DNA from: Octopus vulgaris
Lineage: Eukaryota
Reading direction: 5' to 3'
NCBI GenBank assembly: GCA_951406725.2
Contig: OX597815.1
Location: 123,380,001 to 123,444,000 of the forward strand
DNA length: 64,000 bases
This document shows, piece by piece, positions 41,701 to 56,700 of this stretch (position 1 is its first letter; each line of letters opens with the position of its first letter). The notes beneath the pieces are model-generated. The model searched no databases, was not told where the DNA came from, and saw only the letters and a list, made by a program, of their open reading frames with translations. Both the position numbers and the translations under genes were made by a program.

Positions 41701-44700
41701 TTCAAATATTTTTTTAAAAAATATCTTTTCACAAATTTTTATCAAAATAATTCTTTCTCACAAATTTTTATTAAAAATATGTTTTTTCACATATATTTTT
41801 AGGTCTTGGGAAGGCAGCAAGCTGGCAGATACATTATTGTGACAGACAAAATACTTAGTGGCACTTCTTTCAGCACTTTACATTCTGAGTTCAAATGCTG
41901 CTGAAGTCAACACTGCCTTTCATCCTTTAGGGGTTGATGAAATAAGTAGCAGTTGAGCAGTGATGTCTATGTAATAGACCCTCTCATAAAAATTACTGGC
42001 CTTGAGTGAAAATTAGAAAGAATTTTAGGTGTTGCACAAAGTTAGAAAATAAAAACTGCAGATAAATCAAGCAAACTTACTGGCAAAAACACTGACATTG
42101 TCATGGTAAGCCTCATTAAATACATAGTCAACTAGTTTCTGTTCGTCAGAAAATCCCTGAAATACATTAAGGCTAATACCAGACAGCATGGCACGCCAAC
42201 TGCAAGCTGCATTGTCTATATTGCTCAGTTGAAGCAGAAAAAATTCTGGAGTAGGAATAGAGATATTTAAGAATTTGTCAATTCTTGAGTCTGTACGTAA
42301 TAACATTGCCAATGTCTTACGTCTCTTTAAATCTTGTTGAATCTGAAATGAAATGAACATAATCTTGTAATTCATTGAAAATATATAATAACTTCTTCCT
42401 TACTATCACCATTATCATTATTAAAGTAAATAGAATAAATAGTCAAAAAAGACTGTTGTAATATTTAATTATCTTGCTTTCAAATCCTGTTAGATTATTC
42501 CTCAGCAATAATTAAAATAAGTAGCAATAATTACTGGAATCAATTTAAATTGATTATATATGTCCCTTACAAATGTTTGGTCTTGTGCTAAAGCTATAGA
42601 TTATTATTACTACTACTACTACTCGGCAATGCAGAGAAGTCAAAAAGAAAAAAACCAGATTAGATATCGTATAAAAATATATAAATACAGATAGTTATTA
42701 GTAAAAATAAAATGACTAAATTTTAATAATTTTAAATTAATTTGAAAAGTAATGTTACTACCATTTTGAACTCCAGGAAGAGCCTCATCCAGCTGGTTAT
42801 CAATGCAATCTGCACCTAATGTATACTGCAAGCAAGGTAGCAAACCCCCAGCATCTTCTAGCAACAACTGGATCACTAGACCACATGGTTGCAGGTTGTT
42901 TGTACCCATTGTCAGGGGTGAATATTCATCCACTAGAGACAGCAATAATTCACTCCAGCTCGCAATATATAGAGAACCAAGCAGCTAAAAATGGTAGTAA
43001 CGTCGATTCCTATGGAACAGCCATACTGATGTGGTGATAAACATTATTTCTACTACTTTCATCTCTTCTAAAGATTTTCTAACGAGTTACAAATTAATAT
43101 GCTACATGAAATAATTTGGTTATCTGGAAAATAATAAACCCTTCTAAAGGAATTTCTCTGAGCCATAGTGCCCCATATATGACTAAAAGACATCCCCAGG
43201 TGGTGCTATTAAGTTAGACATGGCCTGGGCCTATATTGGCCAAAACCTATCAAAGTTATACCCTACAAAAGCCTTGCCCCAGCATGGCCACAGCCTTAGG
43301 GCTGAAATATGTAAAAGAGTAAGACAATATTCCAGTGTGGATTGGAAATTAGATAAGTGACAGGAGATCAAACTTTGGTAATTCAATAAGAAATAAGTTT
43401 TATTGTATATTGGTGAAGACATTAAACTGCATCCAATAGTGAGCCTGCAGTTCAAGAGTTCAGGAGCTTGAGGAAGAATGGGGTTATTCCTTAATCATCA
43501 CTACTCTGAGGTCCTCTTTGGCCTAGGATGATAGTATTTGTTAAGGGCCCCAGTTATGAATTAAATAGCAGAAGATGGTCCTGCAGCTAAGATATACAAG
43601 ACTCAGAGAAGGGCTGGCCCCTATACATATGACAGGCTCATCAATGAGTGGACATGTTTTAATACTGTACAAACTAGTACCTTACCCAAGGATTACATAA
43701 ACCCTATACCACAAGGATTAAGCTCAGGGAAAGCAGGAGACTAGCAGAGTGAACTGTAAATGAACCAGCAGATTTTTCTCCCTTAAAATATTCAATAATC
43801 TTCCAACTTTCGAATGGAGATCTATGAATGCTGATGTAAAATAGACAAAGCACCAAGAGAGGTTGGAGTGGGGAAAGAGAGAGAGGGAGTGGGGAGAGGG
43901 AGTGAAAGGGAGTAGGGAGAGAGAGGGAATGGAGAAATAGAGGGGATGGGGAAAGCAAGAGAGAGAGGATGGAGAAAGTGAAAGAGGGGGGATTGGGAAA
44001 GCAAGAGAGGGGATGGGGAAAGAGATGGGGTGGGGTGGAGAGGGGTGAGGAGAGAGGGGACAGGGAAGGAGGGGGATGGGGAGATGAGGGTTGGGGTGGG
44101 GTAAGAGAGGGGAATGGGGAAGAAAGAGGGGCTGGGAGAAAAGAGCAAAAGAAGGAAGCAGAGAGGGGAGGGAGGGAAGAGAGAGAGAGAAAGTAATAGT
44201 TTCATCATTCTATCACAATCTAAAAAATATTTCAGAGAAACATTTCTTTCATTCCAGATCAATGTACAGAACAACCAAAAAAAGGGATAACAGGGACAAA
44301 ATACCAAATGAATATCAGACACCATCTGATGACACCAATTTCTGGTCAAGGTTGCATTCACCCAAGTTGATTCAAAAAGAAGCAGTCTTCTTTTAGATGC
44401 AGTCATTCACAAACTTTAGAAAGTCAATGTCAACAGATCTATGTAAAAACTGTATCACTAACTATAAATAACACAAGAAACAATTATTTTGTTAATTACA
44501 GACATATGACATCAGTTATCAATGACACATGCTTAGGTATTTATAAATACATTAAGAAAATGTAAATCTGTTAACACAATTTGCTTTAGGGTCAAAACAC
44601 AGCTCATAAACCAATTTACTTCAAATGTGAATAACTGGTGACAAAAATGGTTTCATTATAAAGTTCTATTATTCATTTCAATAAGTAATGGTATTAATAT

Positions 44701-47700
44701 TCATAAAGGCATTTAATCTCTAAGTGAAGATAAAACAGTTTGAATTGAGAATCTAATTCATGATTTTATTTCACTATAAATTTGTCGCTACAACATTGAC
44801 CAGGATTTAAGTATGAACAATGATGTCATCTAAACACAATGTCCTTTTTGGCACTGGAGAAACAATTATGATTTCACAAATATCCAGTATCTAAAATAAT
44901 TGCCAACTTAATTTACAAAGTAATTAGCTTATGCTAAAGCTATGAACTCAAAATACAAATGATGAAATAATGCAATGAATATTCTCTTCCTATTTCTCTA
45001 TGGTACTCTCCAGCATCTCCTTTATGCCCCTCGTCCTCTACAATCTCCCCACAGCACTCCTCATCATTTCCCCTCTGATCCATCCCCACTAACCCTAACA
45101 TCTATCTTTCCTCCTGTGACTTTCTGAAAATTCCTCTCCCCCTTAGGCTATTGCTCCCTTCCTGTCCTTATCAAACATTTTTTCCATACTCACTCATCAC
45201 CAGCCCCTTACAGCTTTTAATGCTATCCAGCCCTATTTCTCAATAACCCTTGACACTAATCCCTTCTCTCCTCTACCATACTCTCCCTTTATCATTCCCT
45301 CAACCCCCACCCACTTACAATCATCACCCATTCTCTTCTATTCCCCTTCAATTAGGACGTAACCATACAAATTATGAGAATCATTACTAGTTCTGGTGAC
45401 ACTAAAAAGCATTGTCACTGTAAAAGTGGTTGGTATTAAAAAGGGTACCCAGCCATAGAAACCATACCAAAGTAGACACTGGAGCATGATGTAGCCCTCT
45501 GACTCATAAGACCATGTCATAGTATCCTCTACCATGCCAGCTTGAAAGCCAGAAGTCATGTGATGATGAATCAAATATTCCGAGTATTTGATAAAGTGAT
45601 CAATATCAGTTGTATTATAGTGATCAGTAGTGATATAGAGCTTCTACTCCAGACAGGAGCTGCATGTACATGCATGTACACTGTATGCCAGATCAGATGA
45701 TCCCAAAAGAACTTCTGTATGTACAAGAGCAAAAGGGACATGAAGTCATTTGATCTGGATGTCCTGGGGTGAGAGGAGGTTGCAAATGATTGCTGACACT
45801 GGAGACAAATACTGCGAAAGGTGATAAAATGAGCAGAACAGGAACTTGCACTTGATTGATGAGGAAACCAATAGTGTCAGCAGGGAGCTCCTTCCAATGC
45901 TGTCACTGCATGCATGACTGCCACTCCCATGTGAGCCTGTGCAGCTATAACTGATGCTGCACCCCATCAGCAGCTGACATGATTTTTTTTGGGTGCAGAT
46001 CCATGGCCTCTTGAGACTGACGGATGCCTACTACTACTACTGCTGCTACTACAATACCACCACCACCAATGATGTAGTGAAATTTAATAGGCAACCAAAT
46101 GTGTATTTTGAGACACCTCAAGCCTAATAAAATAAATCTAGATTTATAGTTTTTTTTTTCTTTGTAATTGTAAAGAATATCTTTCATTAAATCAACTTAA
46201 ATAATTTTGGAGACTCCATGTAAAGAGTGCCTGTGCTAGTGTTGCATAAAGAGCACTCATGCCAGTTCCACATAAAAGCACCAGTATTGATGCCATGTAA
46301 AAAGGACCCAGTACACACTGTACAGTGATTGACATTTGGAAGGGCATCCAGCTGTAGAACAGATAATTGAAATCTGGTGCAGCTCTCTAGCTAGTCAACT
46401 CCTATCAAACTGTCCAACACATGACAGCATGGAAAGCAGACATTTAATGATGATGATTATCATCATCATAGTTTCCATGCCTTCTTTTTCATGCAGTAAA
46501 GGTTGAACTAGACTTTGTAAGACAGTATTCTATGGTGAGATGGCCTTATTGAGGCCAACCTCCCTCTCTCTCTTTCGGAGAGGCACTGAGCAGCTATACG
46601 CACATATACACACACGGCAGTAACTTCCACCTACCGAATTCAATCACAAAGCTCCAGTCAGCTCGGGGCTATAGTGGAAGACACCTACCAAAGTGCCACG
46701 CAGTGGGACTGAACCCGAAACCATGTAGCTAGGAAGCAAGCTCCCTAACCACCATCTCTCTCTATTCCACTTATATATTCACATGCTGTAACTGCTTTGA
46801 TGTCATGCATTATTTATGTGAGACACAAACACCACCACTGCCCAAGTGGTGTCAATCGCAAAGACATACAGAGAAACACTACCACACACATATTTATATG
46901 CAATGGCTTCTATACAGTTTCTACTGACTAAATTCACTCACAAGGCAATTGCCAAAGCAAGGCTATTGCAGTAAACAAGGTGTCAAGTAATGGGATTGAC
47001 TCTGAAACCACATGGTTGTAGAGCAAGTTTCTGAACCACACAGCTGCACCTATTTTATATCTTTTACTGGTTTCAGTCATTAGACTGTAGCCATGCTTGA
47101 GCACCACCTTGAAGGATTTTAATCAAATGAATTGATTCCAGTACTTATTTTTAAAGCCTTATTCCATTGGTTTCTTTTGCCAAACTGCTAAGTTACAGGG
47201 ACATAAACACACCAACACCAGTTGTCAAGCGGTAGTGGGTGACAAACACAAAGACACACACACTTTATAATCATCATCATCATCATTTAACGTCTGTTGT
47301 CCATGCTGGCGTGGTTTGGATGGTTTGATCAGGGCTGGTAAGCTGGAAGGCTGCACCAAACTCCTGTCTGGTTTGGCATGGTTTTCTACAGCTGAGAGTG
47401 TAATGGTTGTTTTTACATGCCATTTGCATGACACCAGTATCTACCATGACTGCAATTTTGCTCAACTTGATGTGTCTTCTTCCCAAGCACAACATAATGC
47501 CAATGGTCATTGCCTCCATGAGGCCCAACACTTGAAAGGAACTCAACCACTTTACCTCCATGAGGCACACACACACACACACACACAATAGAGTTCTTTG
47601 TTTCCATCTACCAAACCCAGTCACAAGGCTTTGGTCAGCTTGAGGCTATAGTAGAAGACACTTGCCCAAGGCAGCATGTGGTGGCATTGGAGGCTGAGCC

Positions 47701-50700
47701 CAGAACCAAGTGGCTGAGAAGCAAGCTTCTTCCCATACACAAATATGCAAATCAACTAAATTCATTCTTGAATAAACAAAAAAAAGTGTTACATTTATAG
47801 TTTAAAGAACTTAAATAATTGAAAAAAGAAATTTCAAATATTTAACCATTATTAGGAATTCTTTTCAAGCGCCTCAATATAGTCACTAAGCCTGCTAAAA
47901 ATAAGAGGAAATATTCCTACCATTTAAAAAAAAAAGATATCTTTTGTATACCAAAATCCTAAATGCAGTTGTTGACAAAAAAAATGTCAACTGCTGGAAT
48001 ACAGTTGACCCTGTATTTACTGAAGCAAGACAAGTAATTATTTGAATGCACTGAAATATTTTGTTTTTATATTTGTTTTTATTTTTGAGTTTTAATGACA
48101 AAATGCTAAGTTATAATAAACAATACCTCTCTGATTGAGTCCAAATGCTCAGCTGTTTCATTGCGTGACAGATAGAGGCGGAGTTCCTCTGAAATATTCA
48201 GCCATTTTTCAGCATACTCACTAATGCGATCTAACAGAGCAAATGTTTGGTTAGCCTGAAATAATATAGAAGTGAAAATTTATGTTGAGAAAAAAAAAAA
48301 CCCCAAAAATTATAACAATATTAGAATGTCTATTTTATATATTGACTACATAAGAAAAATACTATTATGCCAATAATAAAAATAAAAGGACAAACTGAGT
48401 GATGCAACTAATTTCTATTCCCTTTATTACATACAACTGTTTAACCAAATTTATATTCTACTTTTAAGGGGAAGCCAAATGTATCAACGCTAGTGCTCAA
48501 TTAATACTTATTTTATCAACCCCATGATATCACTTGAAAAGGAAAGTGAGAGTGGAGAGGCAAGTTTTGTCTAGCAAATGTTTCAAAAAAAGATGGGTGA
48601 ATGTAGCAAGGATGGCACATATGAATGACGAAGCCACCTTGAGCATAATCCTATGAACTTGGAAAAATTTAAAACAGAGTTACTTACTTGCAAATAAATG
48701 TGTTAACATGTGACATTATTGACCGAGGTTACTGTGGTCTTTTCCATAGGCTTTTCTTTCCACGGATAAACCTTATCTGTTTCCCCCCTTTACACTTTAT
48801 ATCATGACATATTTCTGTGATACACGATCCCTATTGATAGTTTTTTTTATTTTACGATCCCTTTTGATCGAAAACCTACCCCACCTTTTTTTCCTCCCCA
48901 AAAAGAAAAGCTCTACTTTGTAATTTGTCCCCTCTGTGTTCAGCCCTGTGTGGCTAATAAAGAAACATATTTTATCAACCCCAAAAGGATGAAAGGCAAA
49001 GTTAACTTTGACAGCTTTTGAACTAATAAAGTGAAGAGCCAGAGGAAATGCTAACCATTTTGTCCAGTATAGTAACAAGTTTGTCAGTTTGCACCAAACA
49101 TTTATATTAAAAATGAAAATATATATCAAATGCAATTTTTTTTTTTTTACATAATTTATTTACAATGAAAATTGCAAATAATCCATATTCTAATTGGAAT
49201 TCATAAAATATACAATTGTATTACAACCTTAAGATATCATGTTATATTCCTGTAATAATAAAGTGCGGGGGTGTGTGTGCGCACACGTGCTGTCCAGGAA
49301 TATATTAAATGGTAAATTAAAAGCACATTTACAGTCAGAATATTGTCAAGATTGTTATATTCTGTTTTCCTTTATATCTTTTCAATTTTTTATGCTATAC
49401 ATGACCATTTCACTATTCCATATAACTAATTTACTAAATAAACATGTATAAAATCTGTTGTAATTCAAATGTTCTAATAATTTAAGAGACAGCAAACTGT
49501 CAATAAGGAATATGAAACCGGAAAATAGAAGGCTACCTGTCTAATGACATTGTCAGCAGATGTGTTAGCAGGAGCATAGAGTACTTTTGGATTGCTGTAT
49601 AGAACATGGACAAGAATACCAATGTTATGTTGTTGAGTAATAGACATTCCAAGGTCATCTGTAAAATAATAATAATTGGATTTATTGACACCAACACTTG
49701 ATAGTCATGCAAGAAGTTCCTATAAAGATATGAATGAATTTTAGATTTCCAGAATTTCTAACAGCTGAAAGCTAAGAGAACTATGAGTTCACTGTGTACA
49801 GTGCTCCAGTGCACTACAATTCATCAAAAAAGGATGTTTCGGATGGAGTTTGAGGCACATTTTCTGTGGCTGTATGTCCTTTCTGACACCAGCTCTTAGC
49901 TGTTTCCAAGTAAAGCAATATTTTCTCATGCCATGTATGTTTTTACAGAATATTGAAAATGAATGACATTTATTCATGGCAATCTTCCAATGTCAAAACA
50001 AGAACAAAATACATGAACACATGTACACACACAATCAAAACAGGCTTTTTTCAGCTTCTGTCTACCAAATCCACTCACAGTCCAAGATTATAATAGAAAA
50101 CACTTGTTCAACGTGTCACACAGTAGGACTGAACTTGAAAGCATGTGGTTAAGAAGTAAACTTCTTAACTACACACTAGTGTGGTAGTTTATAATAAAGG
50201 ACAAAGGTGGGTTAAAGGAAGTATAATTTGAAACAAGATAAATAAAAAAACGAAAAAGAAATATAGACCAATCTTAAACGACTCTTTTAAAGGAATATTA
50301 CCAAGGTTCATATTGCGAATATCATCTTCCCATTTATCTTTTGGGATGTTGGTATCATGGCCACATATAGTCTTCTGCATTGATGTCCAGATCTTCAGAA
50401 GGCCAATATACCGATCTTTATTGTTCGTTTTAGAATCTGTGTTTGAAGGAGCTGAATTTGATGTTGCACTACCCTAAAATAGGAAATAAAGAGTATAGTT
50501 TCATGAAATAAATTTCATGTTCTATATATTTTAGTTGTTCATGGTTATGAGAAGAAAATAAGGAAAATAAATTTGATTATATTTTCTTCAAATAATAGTG
50601 ATCTCATATCAAATTTATTTATTTTGTTTTTAAGCTCTATTTATTTATATAATATAGCTAACAAACAAACTGTTTTATTTCAAATATTAATTTCCCTTAT

Positions 50701-53700
50701 TTATATAAGCACACATATGTGTAAACTTCTTTTTATCAACAAGTGTCTCTGAAATGACTAATTCTAACATTAGCCTTGACTAGTCTATTCCATCTAGTAG
50801 TGATTTATTTCCAAACTGTTAGATGTGTATGTATGAGAAGGAAGACTGCTAAATGTGTATGTGTGTGAAGGAAGACTGTTAAATGTGTAAGTGTGTGAAA
50901 GAAGACCTGAAATTCATATAACATGACATTCACAGAACCTGATATCCACAAGACCTGAAATTCATGTAACTGAAGACAAAAGCAATGGGCAATAATGACA
51001 ATGAAGTATATGAAACATGAGAAACATTCACATGGCCTGAATTTCACATGACTTGACATTCACATGGTTTGTAAATGTGGGTATTTAACAACTAGATATC
51101 TTTCTAAATGCAAGTTATTAAATGAGGAATAGTGTTATACTAATCACATTGTCATGAGTTCAAACCTTACTATAGCAAGAGTGTTATTTAGACAAGGAAC
51201 AAAACTATTCTCTTCTCATCTGGATGCCCTTAACAGTATTAAGGGCATTCAGTTGCAAAATTTTTGCAATACACGAATGTCTAAATTTGCTAAACTAGAC
51301 CAGCTATGTCAACTGGAGTAAGGAAAAATATGAAATTATGACAGATACCTTCTCTAATTTACTGAAGCATGTAATGAACATAGGAGGAATATCGTCTGCC
51401 ACAGAATTTGAGCTATGATTAATAAGGCATAATTCCAACACTTGAGCCAGTCACTGTTTCATTTCAAAATTAGTGCTTGTGCCTCATGCAGATATATTGC
51501 AATAAAACATTTTTAGAAACACATTGTAACAAATAAACAAAAAAGAAAACTTCAGAAAAACAAAATTTATACTTTAATAGTTTGTAAGGCATATTAGGAA
51601 ATAATTCTAATAATTTAATGAATGACAAATGCAGTTTAAAACAAAGGCAGATCAGTTTTAGTTTTAACTTGTATTTGGGATCTATTAATAAATTATGAGA
51701 AACATTTGCTAATGACACAAAGTCTTGAACTTGAATGTATTCAGAAGATAGCAATAGCAATTAAAGCTTGTATCATTTAAAGTATATCTGAAATAGTTTA
51801 GTTTAAGATTAATTGAAGACAAAGTTAAAGGCAATGGACAAGAATGACATTGAAGTATACGAAACATGAAAAACATTTTGAAAAAAAATGCAACAAAAAC
51901 AAAGTAAAGAAAGTATGTACCGGTGGATCCAGCACTGTTGATGCATGACTGTCAGACATATTTAAATTAGTGAAATTATTTGGAACACTTGATGAGGTTT
52001 CTGTTCCAGCAGGGAGAAACTGGTCACATGCATCTTGTGGGAGAGAACTGGCTAACATACTCAGCTCATTGAGATTCATTTGAAACATGTAGAATTTCTC
52101 CACCTACAGAAATAACAATGAAACAGTAAGAGAACACTGCATGTATTGAAACTTGACATTTGAGAAATAATCTCTAAAATAAACAAATACCAAAAGAAAA
52201 TAAAAGGGTCCCTATGTTAAAAAAAATTAATATGAAATGTCAAGTCACATAACTTTTTGTTTTGTTCGCTACCATTACTTACAACATGAAAATTAGATAG
52301 GAAATTGAAGGATAAGCAAAGTGGGAATTGAGTTGGATGTAAAGAAAGGGTAGCAATCAACGATCAATGACTTTGATACAAAATTTAAACTTTTCAAACT
52401 AAAGCTGTAAAAACATTCACAACTATTCTACTGTTCTGCAATTAAATGATTTTATCCCTTTCTGTGCAACCAATTATTTCTCTCTCTGGGACCACTTCCT
52501 TTTGACATTTATCCCTCATTCTTAACATCCCACTCCACAAATATTTTCCATTGATCACTTTTCCTTCATTACCAGTTATCTCTCCCTCTCCTCTGAACCA
52601 CTTTCTGCCAACACTCATACCTCATTCTTAACACATTCTTAGTGCATCACTCACGACATTACATTCATCCCTATGTAACTGATCCCTTTTACTCTATCAC
52701 TATGTCTCACCCTCATGCACTCTTGCAAATTTTACCCATTCTTACCCATCACCTCCCTCTCTCTTATTCTTTCTCAATCTACAGTTTTATTACCATTCTG
52801 CTACTCTTCGCCCTTGGTGCTGCCAGCCATCATTTCATTTCTTGAAGCACTTTTACTGGCATTTGTCCCTTGTTTTTAACACCTTGCTCAACTCATATTT
52901 ACCATCAACCACTACTTATTCACCATTCACCCTTACTTGTTTCTCTAACATTCTCACTTCCATCCCACACTCTTGCAACCTTTACACACCAACCCTTCTT
53001 GATCTGTCCTCACTCTCTCTTAGTCACCTCATACCTTGAGGGTATGCTGACACCTTGCTACCGTGTCTTCATCTCTCTTTTTCAACTCCATTCCAATTAC
53101 TCCCACCCACATATAATACAGAGTAATCATGTATTTCCTCTACAGCAACACATCTTCCAAACCTTTATGTCCTACTTAAACTTCTCAACATAAAACTACC
53201 TCCCTCTTTACTATGCTTTCACTCAATCAAGGAGGTTTTTAAGTCATATGAATTACATGACAACCTCACTAATACTGATGCTATGAAAACAATCAGCTAG
53301 TGCATTCTGTGAGGTGGTTGGTGTTAGGAAGGTATCCAGTTGTAGAAATCATACCAAAGTAGGCATTGGAGAATAAAGTTTTCTGGCTTGTCAAATCCCT
53401 TGTTGAACTCAAGCCAGCATGGAAGACAGATGATGAAAGATTTGTTCTTCAATTTCAGCTTAAGCTATCCTTCTACATGCCTGTGTACATTATGCATAAT
53501 GAGGCATTCTCCATACTATTCTGCTTCTTGCCATTCAATTATGATGTCTTTTGTTTCAAATCCACAGCCCATGACGTAAGATATTATATATTTAAGTACA
53601 AACCAATCTGCAAAATTCATTTGAATAATATATTCCATACTCAAATATACCCCATCATTTTCGATAGGTGTTATGCTAGTCATACTATAAAAATGACAAA

Positions 53701-56700
53701 GAGGCAAGAGAGATTTATTACAAGCATTTAATTTAATTGACATCATCATGTGTGTGTGTTTGTGTATTTTATATATATATATGGAACTGCAAGTGTATTC
53801 ACAATACTTTCACCTTGCATGGTACTGGTTGAAGCATCTACTAAATGTAAAACATAAAATGGAGAATTACTAATTATTTACAGAAGAAAATAAAACTCAA
53901 TCATTAAGTAGATACCTTAGTTAAAAAGTCTTTTACTTGGTTTTCTGCTTCAGTAACATTCAAATTGCGAAGATGGAGCTGAAATTAAAAATTAGAGATG
54001 TATTTCAGTAAAATAATAAATGGATTTTGATACTTTGATTACAAATTTAAATAATTTGGTTATTTATAGTGAGTGAACATTTAAATTTAAACATCATCTA
54101 AGTTATTGACTGAAAAAATAAATAAATAATAAATAAAAGATACTGAGAAGAATTTTAGTGTATACCATCAATTGAAATAGATTTTATAAATTAGTTAATG
54201 TTTCCATAAACCCTTTTTATGCTAGATGGTTCTGAAATTTTCATTATTTTACATGGATGTCTATTCCAATGACAGCAACATGTTAACTAAAGTGAGAGAT
54301 GTATCAAATTATGAGATTTTCTTAAAGTTATGTAAATGACAAACAAGATTCAACTATAGGTTTGGGGCTCAGTAGTCTTTTAGCCACTAGGCCAGAGTAA
54401 CTCCCAAGATAAAAATAATCCTTTATTTTTATTTACTGAAACTCAATAAAAACATCTGGCATTTTGACTGAAAGATTTGTTTAATGTCTATACTCCTATA
54501 TATGACTTTAGACATTATATATTATCACAATCTTTTTCAAATGTAAATCAATTGTAGACAGCTTGGCCACTAGATAATAGAAATGTATCAATAAATGCTC
54601 TACATTTGCATTACACCAGTTTATATAACATGATATAATAAATATAGGAAATTTAAAAGTCATAAAGGGATGCTTTTCTTCAGAAGTTCTACATTAATAT
54701 CTCCATGAAGTAAATCATAAGTGAAACCTGAGGACAAATGGAGCTCATTTAAATTCTAATTTTCATACACGTGCATACACACACTTTCAGTCAGATCTCA
54801 CCATCTACATCAAATGTTTATATCAGAATAAATAATAACTGCACAGTGATGCTTTTTCTAATGTGCAACCAATATCAGCTCACTTGTAACCTTGCATAAA
54901 AGTGAACATAATACATCCAACAGATTATACTTGTCTAATTTCCTTCCAGTTAGCACATTCAGTACCCATGTCTCACTACTACACAGGATTGTATTTACAC
55001 ACATTACATGTAGTCTATCTTTTACATAGAGAATGAAACTGTTGCCAACAGCCCCACTGAACATCTTCCAAGAATTAAATTATATAAGAAATTATTTAAC
55101 AGAAACTATCAACTACAACTAATGACTCAGCTGGATAGTTCATATGCTTCATTTTGTTTGTGCTCCAAAGAGAACTAAGAAAATCTTACAAAGATTTTTG
55201 ATTATACTTTTTAATCTATAACAAAGCTCAAATCCAAACAGACTATACTCTTTAATAAAATATCTGACAGAAAATACCAAAACATTTTAAAGCTAATGAA
55301 AGCATGAAATGTAACAAGATTTACATAAACATTAGCCCTTTATTACACACAAAAGGACATGGTTATGGAAACCTTATCCATTAAAAGACAATTTATCTCT
55401 CAGAAAACAAAAGTCAGACTTATGATTGCAACTATAAGAAGCAATAAATATTAGATATCTACTATCAAATGTCATGTACATTATTGCTGTCAGCTGTCCT
55501 TTGTATGACTCAACTTGCCAATCTTAGTCACACTATGTAACTAACATTAGCATTTAATTCTCATCTTGAAATTTTCAGTTGAGATGTAAAAGTTAAAATA
55601 TTACAAACTTATTTTTCTCTACACTTTGCATTGTACAATAGCTTTTATTACCTCCCTATTTGTATTGTTTTCATTTTAAATCATACCACTAAATAATTTT
55701 ACTGCATGATGGGTCAGAATTCAGATTTTTCAACATTAATAATTTAAAATGAATTCATGCAAGCACAATGACCAAGTAGTTTTTCATTCCAAGAAAGATC
55801 TAATCTAAAGTTTACAGTTCTTGAGCACACTTTAGTTGGGATCAGTTTTTACTTTAAATGTACAAAATATTCTCAGTCTCAATTAGGTGTAGAGATAGAA
55901 ATGCATTTAAAAAATATTTTAATACAATTTTTGTGGACAGCTACATGGTGCAAATTAGTTGTTATTGGTCTTATTGAAACTTGCAACATTTGGCAAAATT
56001 TTTAAACAATCTTTCTTGAAACCAGAGTTAAAAACTGAAAAGACTATTTGATTACTACCAATAAAATTAAAAACATTACAGAATATGTTAAATTGGATTA
56101 AAATTACATCAACTTACAATATTCACAATTTCTTCATCTGAGATGTCTGATTTGAGAAGATTAACAAATTTCTGCAGGTCTTCTTTATTTGATTTACAGA
56201 TTTTCTTTTGAGCATCAATCTGACACAGAAGAATATATTACAAGGCTTTTTAACAGATCCCTTCAATTTTTGTGTTAAAAAAAAAAGTTTAAAGAAAGGA
56301 ACAATCTCTAAGAAACATTTCAGTAATAATAAATAGCTGAGAGGAACATCTCTTGAACAAAATATAACTTTGTTTATCCAGATGAAGAATAAGTACAAAA
56401 TTAAATATATTGCTCAATATCCAACAAAATGCATGCATTGCAATATATACATATATACACATGAAGAAATTCTCATCTTGAAATAAGAATAATAAGTATG
56501 GCCACATAGAAAAGAAACAATCAATATTAAAGATTTTCAATTCAAGAAAATCATTTTACCAAAATTATAGCCACTAAGATTTCTCTTAGGGAACATTTCC
56601 TTTTCATACCACTAATACTTTTAAAAAAAAGTAAAGAAAAAATGCCCCCCCCCCTTGCAAAAAAAAGGGGGAAGGAAGTGGTTTTGAGGTTTGGTCTTGC

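Noticed and set aside
50815-50910. CRISPR-like array
   Set aside because: Contiguous tandem units without unique spacers, in a eukaryotic intron.
53900-53915. Possible U12-type intron donor after exon 5
   Set aside because: Reads GTATCTAC, not GTATCCTT, and the downstream acceptor has an ordinary U2 pyrimidine tract.
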